DNA from: Candidatus Bathyarchaeota archaeon
Lineage (GTDB): Archaea; Thermoproteota; Bathyarchaeia; Bathyarchaeales; Bathycorpusculaceae
Length of the DNA stretch: 64,000 nt
Assembly: GCA_963782525.1 (NCBI GenBank)
Contig: CAWAKC010000003.1
Coordinates: 192,001 to 256,000, forward strand
Direction: 5' to 3'
Below the pieces are notes generated by a model. That model saw nothing but the letters and a program-made list of their open reading frames with translations, ran no database searches and was not told where the DNA came from. Shown here one piece after another: positions 1 through 9,407 of the stretch (positions are counted from its first letter, which is position 1; the number at the start of each line of letters is the position of its first letter). Made by a program: the position numbers and the translations under genes.

Positions 1-1743
1 CTAAATATCCACGACTTCGCTAACTGAGGTTGCTTGTTCAGGCGACTTTTCGCCTCTCCACCTCTTGAACCTTGGAAAACGCAGTGACAATCCACGCTTT
101 TCTTCGGTATGCCAATTACAGGTATGCACTGGACTCTGGGTAACCTCAAAACCTAACACTTCAACTACATATTTTGGAGCAAACCAATAATCCGGAAACA
201 TCTCCTTGTTAACAGCAACTCTCGCAGGCTTCTCGCCTACTTTTGTATCTTCAAGTTTTTTTGGTAGGCTGAAAAGTTGTTTGTCAGAAAAGCCGCTTCC
301 AAGCTTACAAACAGTCTGGAAAACGTCCTCACTCCTATTGTATGCGGCGCACAACAATGCTCCATAGGTTCCGCCTCTTTTGCCCTTGCCTGCGTATGCA
401 CCAACCACAAATAGGTCAAGGGTATCTGTAAGTTCGGAACTATAGCTTGGTTTCCATTTAATCCAAAACCAACCACGCCTCCCAGCTTGATAGTAAGAAT
501 CGCCCGCAGTTGACTTGCACACAATACCTTCCAATCCTCTTTCTAAGCAATCCTGAAAAAAATCGTCGATTTCTTCTATTTGGGTGCTTACCACTCGACT
601 AGCTATAGCTATTCGCTTGTTGTTTTCCACAATTTTTTCTAGTTTGCTCCTCCGCTGAGGATAACTTGTTTTTACGCAAGATTTTCCATCAACATAGAGA
701 ACGTCAAAAAGCATGTATTTGACAGGACTCTTCTCCGCAAACTCTTCAACATTGTACTTTCTTTTTCTCTGCATAAGCTTCTGAAATGAATCGAAAGCTT
801 CTTTTTCAAAATTGTAAGCCACAATTTCTCCGTCAAGAATTGCCTTTTTAGCCAATATCTGCTCGTGTACTTGATCAACAATTATTGGAAATTGATCAGT
901 GACATCTGTTAACCTTCTGGAGAAAAGCTTGACTGAATCGCGGTTCTTATGAGCCTGAATTCGTTCTCCGTCGTATTTCTCTTCGGCAGCTATTTCCTCA
1001 GACTTCATATGTTCCGTTATTTCAGATAGCTTGGAAACGCGTTGAGCCAACATTGGCTGTATTGGCTTACCTAAAGAAATTCGAATATGCTTGACCCCGC
1101 TTAACCCGTTTCCTGCTAGGATTTTGGCGACGTAGCCTATATCAGAGCAGAAATTATAAGCCTCCTCGAGAGGCGCACGCTTTTGCTTGGACCCGAGAAA
1201 GGTAACTGCAAGAGCATCCAGCAGCGTCATATCCGCCACTCCAAAACGCATGTTGCCCAAAGCAAGCCTGATTATGTACTTTCTTTCGTGAGGAGTTGCC
1301 CCAGCCAAAATATTAGTCAAAGTCTTCTTTTTGAAATCTTGAGAAATAGGTCCTTTGGCTCTGGCAATCTTTAAGAATTCTTTGTGTAAACCGTTCACAG
1401 AGATGTTCTCTTTGAGTGAGAAATCTTCAATTTCCTTTTTTGTTGTCTTGTTGATTTTTGAAGCTACTGTTCCTAGGTCGCCTAGTTTTTTCAATTCATT
1501 TTCGACTTCAGTTTCATCCATTCCAAAGGCAAGAGAAACAGCCGACTTGGCGATTTCGCTGCCTATTCCTATCTGCAAATTCTCATACGCAGCTACAACC
1601 TCTCCAAGTGCGAAGTAGCATACAATATCGATGTTGCTGGCTGTGGCTTTTTTCAGCAATGAAACTAACGTTTGAATCATTGCTTTCTTAGATGAGGTTT
1701 TTTCTAGTTTTTCAAAGTATTCAACAAGGCTTGAAAAACGCAA
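1..1743 (-). CDS. lig: ATP-dependent DNA ligase
   Basis: 580 aa; motif I EEKYDGER, EGIVCK, WIKWK, TLDLFVVGAYAGKGKRGG, SLRFPRF; stop codon at 1-3. Confidence 0.97.
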   Translation of the reverse strand: MRFSSLVEYFEKLEKTSSKKAMIQTLVSLLKKATASNIDIVCYFALGEVVAAYENLQIGIGSEIAKSAVSLAFGMDETEVENELKKLGDLGTVASKINKTTKKEIEDFSLKENISVNGLHKEFLKIARAKGPISQDFKKKTLTNILAGATPHERKYIIRLALGNMRFGVADMTLLDALAVTFLGSKQKRAPLEEAYNFCSDIGYVAKILAGNGLSGVKHIRISLGKPIQPMLAQRVSKLSEITEHMKSEEIAAEEKYDGERIQAHKNRDSVKLFSRRLTDVTDQFPIIVDQVHEQILAKKAILDGEIVAYNFEKEAFDSFQKLMQRKRKYNVEEFAEKSPVKYMLFDVLYVDGKSCVKTSYPQRRSKLEKIVENNKRIAIASRVVSTQIEEIDDFFQDCLERGLEGIVCKSTAGDSYYQAGRRGWFWIKWKPSYSSELTDTLDLFVVGAYAGKGKRGGTYGALLCAAYNRSEDVFQTVCKLGSGFSDKQLFSLPKKLEDTKVGEKPARVAVNKEMFPDYWFAPKYVVEVLGFEVTQSPVHTCNWHTEEKRGLSLRFPRFKRWRGEKSPEQATSVSEVVDI

Positions 1744-1821
1744 GGTATCTCCTTGACAAGGTTATCAAGAGTGGATAAAAAAGATTTTCGGACAGATCCA
1801 ACCTTGCACGGCACTCTATTG

Positions 1822-1899
1822 CCTGTACTTCCAGAGTTCCCCTTGTGGATTCCGCCTACGATAATGATTATCACTGCTTTAGCAGTGTCTAAAATTTAG
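1822..1899 (+). pseudogene. Orphan PEF-CTERM-like sorting-signal remnant
   Basis: Reads PVLPEFPLWIPPTIMIITALAVSKI* (PEFP followed by a hydrophobic helix) with no protein body upstream. Confidence 0.4.
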
Positions 1900-2073
1900 A
1901 CAAATAGTTCATTAGGTTTTAGCTTTGTCTCTGTCTCTCTACGGCGTAATCCTTTTTGACGAATTCGAGGCTGAAAAACTGGCGGTTTGAGATTCGGGTT
2001 CCAGACCTGAATGGGCCCGCGCTTGATAATAGCGTCTGATTAACAAAACACTGTGCCATTAAGCGCGCGGAAT

Positions 2074-2763
2074 CTAGTAGTATTTCTTTAAAAGGTTCTG
2101 AGAGTCTGACGCCAACTTTATGCTTCTCGAAATCCGTACGCCTTTCCAACATAGTTTGAAGGCTTTTTGTTTTTTTGAAACCAAGCTCCAATTAGCTAAT
2201 TCAAGGTCACAAACCGACGCTCGATCCTGCGGATTCTCCAACTTACACATCTGACCTCTACTCAAGTTTTCAAAAACCCTTCTAAAAGGGCGCATGGAAT
2301 TGTTATGGCAAGAAATCGCCACATTGCCTGGGTTTTGCTTAAGCCACTCTGTGAGTTGGTCAAGAAACGAAATTACGCGTTTTTCAACCATCTCCAAACT
2401 CTCGCCACCAGGTGGACCAAAACCATAGCCCCGGTGAATTCGAGCGTACCAATCAGGATTTTCATCCTTCATTTTTCTTTTGTTTCTGCCTTGGAGTAAA
2501 CCGTAGCAGCGTTCAATGAGGCGGTCGTCGATGAAAACTGGAACTTGCGTGCGGTCCTGGAGTACGATTTCAAGGGTTTTTCTGGCTCGTTTCAAATGTG
2601 AGGTAAAAGCATAATCAATTTGGTATGGTTTGAGTTGTTCAGAGGTTTCCTGTGCCTGGGAAAGCCCCTTCAAAGTAAGTTCAGAGTCACGCCAGCCAGA
2701 AAATACCCCGCGACTGTTATCAAACGTTTCAGCATGCCGAAAAACAAACAGCTTACAAATCAT
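2074..2763 (-). CDS. Histidine phosphatase family protein (dPGM-like phosphoglycerate mutase)
   Basis: RHAET...FSGWRD, LIERCYG, GGESL, SCHNNSMR motifs; probable ATG at 2763 rather than 2838. Confidence 0.88.
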   Translation of the reverse strand: MICKLFVFRHAETFDNSRGVFSGWRDSELTLKGLSQAQETSEQLKPYQIDYAFTSHLKRARKTLEIVLQDRTQVPVFIDDRLIERCYGLLQGRNKRKMKDENPDWYARIHRGYGFGPPGGESLEMVEKRVISFLDQLTEWLKQNPGNVAISCHNNSMRPFRRVFENLSRGQMCKLENPQDRASVCDLELANWSLVSKKQKAFKLCWKGVRISRSIKLASDSQNLLKKYY

Positions 2764-2842
2764 ATTTTCCAACCAGGCAAATTGAGTTCGATCAACAGAT
2801 AGGTTAATTCTATTTCGCTGTTTCTGTTTTTTAGGCACACCG

Positions 2843-3331
2843 CTAAATGGAACCGCTCATGCTTATGTAGCATTCAGCTAATTGCTCTTGTCTTCTAGTG
2901 AGGGTGAACCCGTTGCACATTCGCTCCAACGCTTTTCGCAGCCTTTCTACGTCGTTTTCTGGTATCTGGAAGGAAAACTCGCCGTTCCTGTAAGCAGTCA
3001 ATATTGAGTCTAGGCCATCAATGTATTTTCTGTTTCTAATAACGTTCTCGCGTTTTGTTCTGAATTTCCTAAACCACTCTGATGCCTTGCGGTTCGTTAA
3101 GCGGTCTATACATCTGTTTCCAACACGCAGTTCCCGACCATCATTGCTCCTTATCACCGAGACATTCTTTATCGGATGATTTCCACATACATCACATCTC
3201 GTCCAAGGCGACGCCACATAATTGTTAACTAAACGGTAAGTCTTGTTCTCGTATTCGAAGGGGAAAAAACTCTTCAGGTTCGCAGCGAAAGTCCTGCTAA
3301 ATTCAATTGAAATATCATCTGTTTTTGTCAA
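2843..3331 (-). CDS. Hypothetical zinc-binding protein
   Basis: 162 aa; CDVCGNHPI...GRELRVGNRCI motif; 18 bp downstream of the CBS-HPF gene. Confidence 0.7.
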   Translation of the reverse strand: MTKTDDISIEFSRTFAANLKSFFPFEYENKTYRLVNNYVASPWTRCDVCGNHPIKNVSVIRSNDGRELRVGNRCIDRLTNRKASEWFRKFRTKRENVIRNRKYIDGLDSILTAYRNGEFSFQIPENDVERLRKALERMCNGFTLTRRQEQLAECYISMSGSI

Positions 3332-3349
3332 TTTGCCTTACCTGATAAT

Positions 3350-4511
3350 TTATGTCAACGGAAATCTTCGCCTCAAATATTCTTTCGCAAATTCACGGTC
3401 ATGAGACAATTCGGTGCTTTTCACAATTTGACCCTCAAGCCTATCCAAAGCAACCTTGAATGTCTGTTCCACACCATATCCCTCACCTGGAACTAAAAAA
3501 TGAACCTTTAACAGTTCTAAATTGCAGACGACAGTGAACCAGTTGGTCACCCTTAAAATTTGTACCATGCGTCTTCATGTAAACAAAGAGCGTGCCCGAC
3601 TCCAAAGTTTTTCCATATCTGTGAGTGAAAGATTCAAAGTCATCCATAATCAAGCCTCGTTGTAGTTCATCAACTTCCACGTCTTTAACGGAAAACTGCA
3701 CCGTAAGCTTTTGCGGCGGCTGCTCTATTTGAGCTAATGGCTCAAGAAAATCACGTTTAGTTACGATACCTACAGGTCTTCCTTTGCTAACAATTACCAA
3801 AGATGAGATATTGAATTTGTGCATTTGCTCTTCTGCATCCTGCAATTTAGTTTCAGGCAAAACAGTGACCACAGGCTTAACCATTATACCCTTAGCTGGA
3901 ATACTTAGAACAGGTACTTTCTGGCCTACTCTATCGCCAAACCTTTGCACCTGTCTTGGCTGAAAAATACTTTCAATTATATCGTAAATGCTTACTATTC
4001 CGACGAGTTTTCCATCTCTGACTATCGGTACGTGAGAAATCCCCTCTGCTCTTAAAAGGCTTAACACAGCCCCTAACGATTCGTCTTCTTCGACGACAAA
4101 CGGCTTCTTAGTCATTATCTCTTCAACACGAGTATTGCCCCATCGCTCGTTTACGGCCCCATGGATAACATCCTCATCTGTAACAAAACCCAAGAGTTTA
4201 TCTTCATTGTAGACTGGAAGCTGCCTAATCTCGCTCTCAATCATTAGCTTAGCCACCTTGTTAAGAGAATCCTGCAAAGTAACAGCAGGTGCAGGTCGCA
4301 TCAACGTCTTAACCTTTGTTTTTGAGGAGTCAAGACTCGAACGTATTATCCATTTGCGAGAAATAACCCCTTTATAATTACCTTTATCATCTAGGACCGC
4401 TAAAACAGGCGGCGTCTCTTCTTTGAAAAGCGATAAACAAGATGAAAGGGTATCATTCTCATGAACTTCCAAAAACCCCTTTCTAAAAATATCCTCAACA
4501 ATTTTAACCAT
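3350..4511 (-). CDS. 4xCBS plus C-terminal HPF/RaiA-like domain protein (putative ribosome hibernation factor), 1-nt frameshift near 3490
   Basis: Four CBS repeats; C-terminus CRLQFRTVKGSFFSS continues in the next frame as GEGYGVEQTFKVALDRLEGQI, typical of the HPF/RaiA fold. Confidence 0.8.
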
Positions 4512-4919
4512 AAAAAATCACTTAGTATTATTATTCTCATAGCGCAATTTAAGGATTAAAAGAAAAATCGCCGTACCACTCGGAAAATAGGTAAAAAGAA
4601 GCAATAATTTTTCAAACGTCGTTTTCGAACCACCAATGTTCGGGTTGCCAGCTATAAAACAGTAGACGAGTACTTCAGACTGTTCAACATTATCTGCCTC
4701 GCATACATCTCCATTCACATATTAAGAAGCTGTGCATCAAGACCTGCCCCCAAAACGATATGGATCATCCTCGGCTATCTACTACTCGGTTTCGGTCAGT
4801 ACTCTTCGTTGATTTGGTCGATTGATTCAAGCTTCACAGCATATGTAGGTGCACTTTTCCTTCGGCTGTCAGGATTATTGGTTCTCCTGTTGTGGTCTAC
4901 CAAGCTTTCTTCGGTACGC

Positions 4920-5224
4920 GTGAAGCGTCCTCAAAAAGAGAGATTAGAACTGAGAAAGCGTCCACGCAGAGATAAAATGAAAATTTACGGTGACCTACTT
5001 TTCGTTCTTTACAGTGAATCGAAGAAAGAAAAAATTGTTCTAACTCGTGTTCAGCAAAGAATACACGTTCCTTATGACCGCTTAAAAACTTACATCGCCG
5101 AAATCAAAGAACTCGGTTTGATCGAAGATGAAGCATCATTAAAACTGACAGAAAGGGTAAACTGTTCCTTGGAGAGTATGAGACAGTTCTTGATTCGATG
5201 AAGCGCATGGGCTTAACTTATTGA
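4920..5224 (+). CDS. Winged-helix transcription regulator (archaeal HTH_45-like), frameshift near 5152
   Basis: RRDKMKIYGDLL...LTRVQQRIHVPYDRLKTYI...LKLTE then KGKLFLGEYETV in the other frame; start uncertain. Confidence 0.75.
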
Positions 5225-5534
5225 TGGAACAGCTGATTTGGATATAATTGCAGTACGAGCAAGAGAAAGATTAAGAATTGATCCGAGGACAGGGTATTTT
5301 CTAATTTATATTTCTAAATTATCTAAAAAATTAGAAAATTAATACTTTATCAATTTATTTTCTTATTTATTTTCTTTAATCGATTAAGATTTAGAAATTA
5401 AAAATTTAGGAAATGAGTGCTCCTTATTACTCCCTGAATTGAACCTTTTTCTTCTCAAGGACACCGCGTCATTTGGTAGGGGGATAAAAAATTTATATGT
5501 ACTCTCTGTTCAGTAGTGAACCAAGGAGATCAAT

Positions 5535-6602
5535 ATACCAAAGGTAATTAAGGGTAGAACAAAAAAAGCCGGTTTGCCCCCTGGGACAATCGTATACATT
5601 GGGAAACATAAAAACGAAAAAGTACGTATCAGATTTATCGATTACGATGAACAGCATTTTGAAGAGAAAGAAGCTAAAGCAATTGAAGAGATATTTGAGT
5701 TTAGAGACAAGCCTACCATTACTTGGATAAATATTGATGGGCTTCAGAGAATTGATGTTATCGAAAAAATTGGGAAACACTATAACCTGCATCCGCTTGT
5801 TCTTGAAGATATTGCAAACACTGAACAGCGTCCAAAAATGGAGGACTTTACGGATTACATCTACATTGTGTTGAGGATGCTGCGGTATGATGATCAGAAC
5901 AGCGAGATCATATCCGAGCAGCTTAGTCTGATTCTTGGTTCAAGCTGGGTGATATCTTTTCAGGAAAGTGAGGGCGATGTTTTTGACCCTGTTAGAGAGC
6001 GATTAAGAAACAATAAAGGTCGCATTAGAACGCTGGGTGCTGACTACCTGGTATATACCCTAATAGACGCTGTGGTAGACAACTATTTCACAGTCCTCGA
6101 GAAGATGGGCGGAAAAATCGAAGATATAGAGGATGAATTAATTGCAAATCCAGAACCCGCAATCTTAAAGGTCATACACGACTTAAGGAGACAAAGCATA
6201 TCTCTACGCAAATCAGTCTGGCCCTTAAGGGAGGTCGTCAGTTGCTTAGAGAGAATGGAGTCAAAATTAATCAACAAAACCACAAATATCTATCTAAGGG
6301 ATGTGTACGACCACACAATTCAAGTTATTGATTCGATAGAAACGTTTCGCGACATGCTCTCAGGAATGCTGGATATTTACCTTTCCAGCATCAGCAACAG
6401 AATGAATGAAGTGATGAAAGTGCTCACGATTATCGCGACTATTTTTATTCCTCTAACTTTAGTCGCAGGCATTTATGGAATGAACTTTGCCTATATGCCT
6501 GAACTTAGGTCGCCTTGGGGTTATCCGTTCGTATTAGTTGTTATGTTATCAATAGCAATAGTGATGTTGTTTTACTTCAGAAAGAAGAAATGGATATTAT
6601 AG
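5535..6602 (+). CDS. corA: Magnesium/cobalt transporter CorA
   Basis: GIYGMNF and MPEL signature, HPLVLEDI; N-terminus extends in frame to an ATA at 5535 after a GGAG RBS. Confidence 0.95.
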   Translation: MPKVIKGRTKKAGLPPGTIVYIGKHKNEKVRIRFIDYDEQHFEEKEAKAIEEIFEFRDKPTITWINIDGLQRIDVIEKIGKHYNLHPLVLEDIANTEQRPKMEDFTDYIYIVLRMLRYDDQNSEIISEQLSLILGSSWVISFQESEGDVFDPVRERLRNNKGRIRTLGADYLVYTLIDAVVDNYFTVLEKMGGKIEDIEDELIANPEPAILKVIHDLRRQSISLRKSVWPLREVVSCLERMESKLINKTTNIYLRDVYDHTIQVIDSIETFRDMLSGMLDIYLSSISNRMNEVMKVLTIIATIFIPLTLVAGIYGMNFAYMPELRSPWGYPFVLVVMLSIAIVMLFYFRKKKWIL

Positions 6603-6697
6603 AACTGAAAAACGAAAGTCACCTGCCCCAAAGAATACCTCGGAAAAACAGTCTACCGAGTCATAGTAGATGAACCAACCGAAGGGAGCCAGCAACC

Positions 6698-6745
6698 ATG
6701 AGCGAACTTGTTTGCGGAACCCATAGAGACCAAACCGTACTTTTC
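6698..6745 (+). pseudogene. Remnant of the 5' end of an IS1182-family transposase
   Basis: Reads MSELVCGTHRDQTVLF, versus MSEHVNGTHRDQTVLF at the start of the full IS copies. Confidence 0.8.
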
Positions 6746-6836
6746 TACAGACCTCAACGACAAGAATATCAGCTTGAATTCCCTCGAAGTTATCGGGGAT
6801 CTCAGCCCCTATTTACCAGTAAAGAGATGTTGATGA

Positions 6837-6889
6837 TGGGTCGTACCGGACTTAACCCCTTCGCGATATGAGCCCCTCTTGCCCAAACT
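6837..6889 (-). repeat. Empty copy of the tRNA-Val-3'-fragment/hairpin att-like site
   Basis: TGGGTCGTACCGGACTTAACCCC-TTCG-CGATATGAGCCCCT matches the joined flanks of both complete IS copies. Confidence 0.85.
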
Positions 6890-6999
6890 TTGATTATTTT
6901 ACTTTTTTTTTTATCTAAACGTGTTATGAGAAAACCCGCAAAAAGTCAACTATGTGCTTTTGCTAAAAGTTTTGGTTTGTCCGCTCTTTATTGCTTTTT

Positions 7000-8562
7000 T
7001 TATTCAAAAGCCTCTTGGTCGAGATAGTATTTTCCGTTGACTTCTACGAACATTTTTGTTTGCTCTCTACGTCTTTCCATGATTCTTACAAATATTCGTG
7101 ACAAACCCAGTTCTTTAGCTGTCATGGCAGTTTGGGGGCTGGTGGCTCCTTTTTCTTGGAATTTTTGGATGATTTGCTGGATTTTCTCATCTCTCCAGCC
7201 TTGTGGCTCTTTTGGTTCTTGTTGGCTTGGTGGTGGAGGAGGTGGGGTTGGGGCAAGGATTGGCGCAGATTGTATTGGAACTTGCGTTTGTTGCTGTTGG
7301 GCTACAACGCGGTTTGTTTTGCCTTCATTGTCAGGGCCATTTCCACTGTTGCTTATTTTCGGTGCTTCAGAGGGTGATGCAGCCTTATGTTGACGTTTGC
7401 GCCATAAGAGAATTATGAGGATCAGTACTATAACGATAACTATGATCACTATTAGCCATTCAATCGTACCAAAACTGGGTGAGCCTGAGCTGGGGGTAGG
7501 CGAAGTAGACGTAGTTGGGATTGGTGTTGAAGAGGTTGTTGTGCTCGGTGAAGAAGACGTAGTTGGATTAACGGAAGGGGAGGTTCCTGAGCTACCTGTT
7601 ATCACTTTTGCGGTATTGCCGTCGTTGATGACAGCGAATATTTCGCCTTTGCCAAGGTCGTAAACTAAATTGTTGACGTTTATGGAGGCTTCATCAACTA
7701 TGGCATTGTTGCTTTCAGAAATAATGATAAGATGCTGGACAGGTACGATTATTTCGTCTCTAGCAGGATTGTAAGCTAGGGTCTGGGGGTCCCCTCCATA
7801 GACGCCTAGTGAAATTTCTTTTACCACCGTGTTGGTTTGATCTGATATTACGGAAACCGCTGCGGCGTTATAATCAGCGACGAAAATCTCGCCTTTACTG
7901 GAAGCATAGGCTAATCCTTCAACAGCATTTCCTCCCATATCAATGGTTGCAACCACTGTATTGTCGCTGTCTCTTATCACCGAGATACTTGGGGCGCCCG
8001 AATTGGATACGAATATTTCGTTTTTGCCAGAATCATATACTATGCCAGTAGGTGAGTCTCCTACGGTTATTGTTGCAACCACGGTGTTAGTGCTGTCTGA
8101 TATTACAGATACAGAGTGGGAATCGGCATTGCACACAAAAACTTCACCTTTAGAAGAATCATAAGCTACTCCACGGGGGTTACTTCCCACAGTCACGTTT
8201 GCGACCACACAGTTAGTGCTGTCTGAAATTATTGAAACTGTGTTGTCACCGGAATTAGCGACGAAAATCTCACCCTTTCCGGAATCATAAGCTATTTCTC
8301 GAGGATATTGCCCGACGGGTATAGTTGCAACAACAGCGTTGGTGATATCCGAAATAACAGAAACAGTGCCGTCACCAAGATTGCAAACAAAAATCTCGCC
8401 CTTTCCAGAATCATAAGCTACACCGTAAGGAAAGTGTCCCACGGTTATTGTAGCAGATACTGCAAGTGTTGATGCCGCGTTAACCAGATTGACCGCTGAC
8501 AAAATAAAAATCATAATGAATAATAAGACTAAAAGTTTCGAAACTTTAAGTTTCATAGACAT
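7000..8562 (-). CDS. YVTN/YncE-type beta-propeller surface protein with Ser/Thr linker, TM helix and cytoplasmic wHTH-like domain
   Basis: Signal peptide; repeated VG..P.GVAYDSGKGEIFV.N....VSVISD.TN.VVATI units; TM WLIVIIVIVIVLILIILLWRKR; Pro-rich linker; C-terminal AMTAKELGLSR...FVEVNGKYYL. Confidence 0.9.
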   Translation of the reverse strand: MSMKLKVSKLLVLLFIMIFILSAVNLVNAASTLAVSATITVGHFPYGVAYDSGKGEIFVCNLGDGTVSVISDITNAVVATIPVGQYPREIAYDSGKGEIFVANSGDNTVSIISDSTNCVVANVTVGSNPRGVAYDSSKGEVFVCNADSHSVSVISDSTNTVVATITVGDSPTGIVYDSGKNEIFVSNSGAPSISVIRDSDNTVVATIDMGGNAVEGLAYASSKGEIFVADYNAAAVSVISDQTNTVVKEISLGVYGGDPQTLAYNPARDEIIVPVQHLIIISESNNAIVDEASINVNNLVYDLGKGEIFAVINDGNTAKVITGSSGTSPSVNPTTSSSPSTTTSSTPIPTTSTSPTPSSGSPSFGTIEWLIVIIVIVIVLILIILLWRKRQHKAASPSEAPKISNSGNGPDNEGKTNRVVAQQQQTQVPIQSAPILAPTPPPPPPSQQEPKEPQGWRDEKIQQIIQKFQEKGATSPQTAMTAKELGLSRIFVRIMERRREQTKMFVEVNGKYYLDQEAFE

Positions 8563-8814
8563 TTCCCTTACTTTCCTTCTGAATCGGGTAGTTTCAAAAT
8601 AGATTTAAGGCTTTCGTTTGCTCGCTTGGGGTACCCGTCGATGGCATTTGGCGACGCTATTTATTTTTGTCGACGAATTCGCCAATGGGATTTTGTAGCC
8701 AACCTAGCAGTAAAAATGATTTGAGGAATCCAAAATCGAAAATTGGTTTGGGATAGATGGGATTCGTTTAAATTATTAAGCAAATCCTTATTTTTCCTCG
8801 GAAAAAGAATGAAA

Positions 8815-8838
8815 CGGGCCCGCTGGGAATCGCACCCC
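8815..8838 (-). repeat. tRNA 3'-end fragment (T-arm plus GGGCCCG-type acceptor strand), att-like
   Basis: Reverse complement GGGGTGCGATTCCCAGCGGGCCCG gives a degenerate T-loop, T-stem, CGGGCCC and discriminator G. Confidence 0.6.
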
Positions 8839-9312
8839 AAAACTAAGTCTCTCCTAGACCTAACAAGCCGACTTTTGATTTTCAAGTCCGTTTGGGAACC
8901 GAACCCTGAACATTCATGTCAGTAATTATATTGGGGATGGGCTTTTGACTTGAGGTGCGATTTCCTACTTGTTTACAGTTCAAGGGCGTGCCTTGTATTT
9001 TAACTGCCTTAATTTGCCAAACCAGAATCGACTGAGGATTTTAGCACTAATTTACCTTAAAAGAAATTTAAAGTGAAAGACATTCAAAACATTGGATTCG
9101 AGTCTAAAGCGGTTTCAATCTTTATGGTTCTGCGTCCAAAAGGGGTTGGAACTTTTTAATAATTTATTGATTTTTTCGAATCTTGCTGTAAGATTTAAAC
9201 GCTCTCCGGGAATGCTTGGACCCGAAAAATTATTTATAGACAAAATAAATTAAATTAAGCCCGCTCTACGCTAATGCACTCCATATCAAGTAGATTGGTT
9301 TATGTTAATTGG

Positions 9313-9325
9313 TGGTGCCGAGGGC
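9313..9325 (-). repeat. 13-bp direct repeat of the tRNA-Phe 3' end (putative att)
   Basis: TGGTGCCGAGGGC is identical to 20415-20427. Confidence 0.7.
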
Positions 9326-9407
9326 TAGCTTGACACCGTCGTTTAAACCGTCGTTACAACATTATCTAAAAAAACAGGGGCAGGTCGTACCGGACTTAAC
9401 CCCGAAA

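Noticed and set aside
5297-5339. AT-rich inverted repeat ATTTTCTAATTT/AAATTAGAAAAT upstream of corA
   Set aside because: It lies in extremely AT-rich DNA where such matches arise by chance, and no second copy was seen.
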